A DNA stretch of 62,890 nucleotides from a virus: the IMG/VR virus record IMGVR_UViG_3300047498_000007, positions 1 to 62,890 of that record; one strand, written 5' to 3'. Numbering within the stretch: the stretch's first letter is position 1; every line of letters starts with the position of its first letter. The position numbers were made by a program, and so were the translations under genes. Below, one piece after another: positions 62,422-62,890 of the stretch. Under the pieces are notes generated by a model. It worked only from the letters and a program-made list of their open reading frames with translations. It was not told the origin of the DNA and did not search any database.

Positions 62422-62890
62422 CCCCGCAGAAAAGGAAACCAGATGGGAAGTGAGAGCAGAAAACTACAACCACAAAAAGGAGAAATACGATGAGTAAGTT
62501 TGATGATCTAACAATAACAGAAGCAAAAGAACTAGCGGCGATGTTTAACAACATGCCAGTTAAATCTTGCAACGGAAAACATCCCATGATGGGTAAACGT
62601 TGTTTGATCCGCACCTACAGCGCTGGTGTTCATATTGGCGATATTGTCCATATCGATGGCATGGAAGTTAAGTTAGAAAATGCTCTACGCCTTTGGAAAT
62701 GGGAAGGTGGAGGATTGTCGCTTAGCGCTGTTGCGAATGACGGTATTAAAAGCGGTCGTTTGAATAAAACAGGTGAAGTTTATCTCACCAATGTCATTGA
62801 GATGATCCCGACGACAAAAGAGGCGGAGAAAACCTATGCAAAGTTTGTTGAATAGAACTCACCATAACCATAATTGTTCCAGCTCCGGCT
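62421..62890. repeat. terminal direct repeat, right copy (same sequence as 1..470)
   Basis: See the left copy. The window ends 7 nt into the microsatellite. Confidence 0.95.
62490..62855 (+). CDS. duplicate of the 70..435 ORF (a product of the terminal overlap)
   Basis: The 121-aa translation is identical. Confidence 0.7.
   Translation: MSKFDDLTITEAKELAAMFNNMPVKSCNGKHPMMGKRCLIRTYSAGVHIGDIVHIDGMEVKLENALRLWKWEGGGLSLSAVANDGIKSGRLNKTGEVYLTNVIEMIPTTKEAEKTYAKFVE

Noticed and set aside
1-62890. Lysogeny module or mobile-element boundaries (integrase, excisionase, att sites, transposase).
   Set aside because: No tyrosine or serine recombinase or transposase motifs were recognised in any ORF. The only long direct repeat is the terminal overlap, which contains a whole gene rather than an att-like core.

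Overview
The window is one essentially complete dsDNA tailed-phage genome, not a stretch of bacterial chromosome. All function calls below come from motif recognition by eye. No database search was run.

Genome closure: the first 470 nt recur at the end (1..470 = 62421..62890), giving a unit length of 62,420 bp. The contig therefore closes on itself. The overlap stops 7 nt into a hexanucleotide microsatellite.

Layout:
- Early block, plus strand, about 56.6 kb through the repeat to about 2.0 kb. It holds about 30 small ORFs, many joined by ATGA/TAATG overlaps. They include an XRE-type HTH, a DUF551-like protein (a second copy sits in the late block at 54815..55138), a pentapeptide-repeat protein, a (Gly-X)33 protein and a protein with a 102-residue Ala/Asp/Tyr/Asn tract.
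- Replication/recombination block, 1.5-11 kb. It holds a RuvC-like resolvase, SF2 helicase, Cas4-like PD-(D/E)XK nuclease, RtcB RNA ligase, tRNA-Pro(UGG), a DUF669-like protein, an AAA_24/Sak4-like ATPase, a DEDDh exonuclease, a Prim-Pol/PriCT/DUF3987 primase-helicase and a protein that is only a GcrA C-terminal domain. I recognised no DNA polymerase and no RNA polymerase.
- Late block, minus strand, about 44 kb (56.0 to 12.3 kb). Its order resembles a T7/BPP-1-type podovirus: MarR-type regulator, a giant repeat fibre with glycosyltransferase and methyltransferase, TerL, portal, a LuxR-type regulator, scaffold, major capsid, tubular-A-like and tubular-B-like proteins, three small enzymes, three 820-910-aa internal/ejection proteins (one with an SLT domain), fibre/beta-helix genes, and a lysis cassette (M15 endolysin, holin-like proteins, class-3 lipase).

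Most unusual observations:
- Four consecutive fibre/beta-helix genes start with canonical Sec signal peptides.
- RtcB sits next to a tRNA and a GC-rich structured element.
- Two codon-homogeneous low-complexity proteins lie in the early region.
- Protein-modifying enzymes are embedded in the virion module.
- A lipase ends the lysis cassette.

No integrase, CRISPR array, reverse transcriptase or rRNA was seen. The host is unknown. Shine-Dalgarno-led genes and the GcrA-like motif hint at an alphaproteobacterium.
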